Part shown: piece by piece, positions 62,256 to 64,000 of the stretch
Numbering within the stretch: position 1 is the stretch's first letter
Layout: every line of letters begins with the position of its first letter
IMG/VR virus record: IMGVR_UViG_3300042892_003815
Location: 1-64,000 of that record
Source of the DNA: a virus
Length of the DNA: 64,000 nt
Strand: one strand, 5' to 3'
The notes under the pieces: generated by a model
Told to the model about the DNA's origin: nothing
Seen by the model: the letters and a program-made list of their open reading frames with translations, nothing else
Database searches by the model: none
Made by a program: the position numbers and the translations under genes

Positions 62256-62765
62256 ATGATAACAAAATTTGATGGTAGATATGGATTTTTATCAAACTTC
62301 TACCCCTGTAAAATAGAATATCAAGGTATTACTTACAATAGTGTCGAGACATATTATGTTGCAATGAAGTGTAATAATGACCAAATGATTGATGGTAGAT
62401 ACTATACGTCTGCAGACTTTAGAGAATTGGTTGCTAATATGGCACCAGGTAAGGCCAAACAATTAGGTAAGGTTATAAAAATACGCTCTGATTGGGATTC
62501 AAAGAAATTAGGTTTTATGGAATGGGCAGTTAAAGAGAAGTTTAAAGATGAAACTTTAAAGGAAATGTTACTAATGACTGAAAATAAAGAAATTATTGAA
62601 GGTAATTATTGGCACGATTGTTACTGGGGTCAATGTACTTGTGATAAATGTGCTGGTAAAGGTAAGAATAAGTTAGGAAAAATTCTAATGGATATAAGAA
62701 GTGAGTTAAATGGTACTAAAAAACCAAATCTCTTTGATGTTTTATTTAAAGACAAAAAAGCTTAG
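62256..62765 (+). CDS. NADAR (YbiA-like) family protein
   Basis: GFLSNFYP, SVETYY, AKQLG, IIEGNYWHDCYWG, GKNKLGKILM. Confidence 0.88.
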   Translation: MITKFDGRYGFLSNFYPCKIEYQGITYNSVETYYVAMKCNNDQMIDGRYYTSADFRELVANMAPGKAKQLGKVIKIRSDWDSKKLGFMEWAVKEKFKDETLKEMLLMTENKEIIEGNYWHDCYWGQCTCDKCAGKGKNKLGKILMDIRSELNGTKKPNLFDVLFKDKKA

Positions 62766-62784
62766 ATTTCTCTAAGCTTTTTTT
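62755..62784. terminator. bidirectional terminator
   Basis: AAAAAAGCTTAGA-TTTC-TCTAAGCTTTTTTT. Confidence 0.85.
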
Positions 62785-63922
62785 AATTTCTGTTATCTTC
62801 ATATCTACCATTAGTTGATCTAAGTCTCATAGAATATCCTTTTGGTGGATAAGATTGTAATATTCCTTTAGAATAATCATCTGCGAGAACTTCTGTTTTA
62901 CGACTAAATATATTTAATGTAAGAACTTCTACTGGTTGTTCAACAATAACTTTCTTTTGATGAAAAGTTAAATACATAAATGTATCTAAGTATGGCCACT
63001 CATCAATATCAGTAGTATCCAAATCAATAAATAGTTTCATTTGTGAGTTTATAACATCTTGAAATGATAAATATCCCTCTTTTTCTCTAATCTCGTCAAA
63101 TTTAGATAAAACCCATTCATCACAAATGTAAGGTTTGTCCATTATCTTTCGTCCACAATTAGTTGTCCATACCAAACATCTACCAACAATTTTATCAAAC
63201 ATTTTAATTGCAACCATGTTGATCTTATCCAGATTTTTTGTATAAAGATCTAAATAACTTAATTTATCTGTCATACAAGATCCACCTAATGATGATTTAG
63301 ATGCTTGATAATTTTCTCTTTTATATCCTTCTAATATTTGTTTACCTTTTAAATACTCAACTTTAATGTGTCCACCAGTTTGATACAATACATAATCATT
63401 ATGAGTTTTTTCTACTTTTTTATTATCAAATAAAGATTCCATTTTAAATATATCTTTATATTGTTTAGAGAATGAATTTAAAAATCTACCAAATTTTAAA
63501 TCAGTACTTCTATTCTTTGTAGAATCTACTAATTTAATCATTCCTTTGGTTTCTGATATATCAAACCTATTATAATCTGGAAACATTCTTTTATCTTCTA
63601 TCGAAAGAATATCAATTCTTTTACTTTGAAAAAAAGTAAGTAATTTTTCGGATATTTCAAATTTATCTTTTAAGTTTTCAACACCATTTAGACCCAATAT
63701 AACAACACCATCAGTAAGTGTTCCATCACCTTCTTGTTTAAATGCCCAAGAGTAACTATAACCTAGTCTATCATTGGCTTGATTTCCTGATTTTTCGGGT
63801 TCATTATGACAAATATAGTAGTATGGATCCTCTTGTTGGATTTTACCTTCAATTTGCACACCATCTACATTTGCAATTACTCTACTCCCTGGTTTGTATT
63901 GAATACCTTTGTATATAAGCAT
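62783..63922 (-). CDS. early protein with PcfJ-like domain
   Basis: KFGRFL, GGSCM, VGRCLVW, IMDKPY, WPYLDTF motifs. Confidence 0.6.
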   Translation of the reverse strand: MLIYKGIQYKPGSRVIANVDGVQIEGKIQQEDPYYYICHNEPEKSGNQANDRLGYSYSWAFKQEGDGTLTDGVVILGLNGVENLKDKFEISEKLLTFFQSKRIDILSIEDKRMFPDYNRFDISETKGMIKLVDSTKNRSTDLKFGRFLNSFSKQYKDIFKMESLFDNKKVEKTHNDYVLYQTGGHIKVEYLKGKQILEGYKRENYQASKSSLGGSCMTDKLSYLDLYTKNLDKINMVAIKMFDKIVGRCLVWTTNCGRKIMDKPYICDEWVLSKFDEIREKEGYLSFQDVINSQMKLFIDLDTTDIDEWPYLDTFMYLTFHQKKVIVEQPVEVLTLNIFSRKTEVLADDYSKGILQSYPPKGYSMRLRSTNGRYEDNRN

Positions 63923-63944
63923 AGTTTTCTATTTTTTATCTTGA

Positions 63945-63975
63945 CAAAAGTAATAAAAAAAAATTATATACCAAA
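63945..63975 (-). promoter_or_regulatory. Bacteroidota sigma-A type (early) promoter
   Basis: TTTG-N19-TACTTTTG, exact consensus. Confidence 0.75.
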
Positions 63976-64000
63976 CATTTTCCAATAAAATTATATAAAC

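Noticed and set aside
1-64000. Stop-codon recoding (TAG or TGA read as amino acid, as in Lak-type megaphages)
   Set aside because: Core genes are uninterrupted in code 11; TAG (6833, 61763) and TGA (39581, 47637) end full-length genes at sensible boundaries.
1-64000. Eukaryotic giant virus origin suggested by SET, RFC-like and LRR proteins
   Set aside because: T4-type portal, sheath, tube, gp23 capsid, gp55 sigma, tmRNA and bacterial promoters/terminators indicate a tailed bacteriophage.
1-64000. tRNA genes, introns or inteins
   Set aside because: No cloverleaf other than the tmRNA tRNA-like domain was recognised, and no intein or intron signatures were seen in portal, capsid, clamp loader or nuclease; a tRNAscan/Infernal run would be needed to exclude them fully.

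Overview
AT-rich 64-kb segment of a large T4-like contractile-tailed (jumbo) phage genome, standard genetic code, most likely infecting a Bacteroidota host (TTTG-N18/19-TAnnTTTG promoters, no Shine-Dalgarno sites, GGC tmRNA resume codon). T4-type core genes (sheath, tube, baseplate gp25/gp26/gp51-like, gp15-like, portal, prohead protease-scaffold fusion, major capsid, gp2/gp4-like, gp47 nuclease, gp44 clamp loader, gp55-like sigma) are scattered on both strands among accessory genes. Main observations: (1) at least 16 unrelated proteins share an N-terminal M-K-x-L/I-K-x-F/Y-E-x-F motif resembling the T4 capsid-targeting sequence, suggesting a large head-packaged, injected cargo (SET methyltransferase, cysteine hydrolase, NFACT-R, ParB-like, LysM, LRR). 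(2) Four or five stand-alone, non-catalytic fragments of the capsid protein and prohead protease are dispersed through the window, most tagged with an R-x-x-K-L/I-x-x-L peptide; these are candidate decoys or mimics. (3) A ribosome-rescue set is present (tmRNA with a long duplicated tag, RNase R, stand-alone NFACT-R). (4) Three promoter classes can be read from the sequence, and late genes look leaderless. Family assignments come from motif recognition by eye; no database searches were run.
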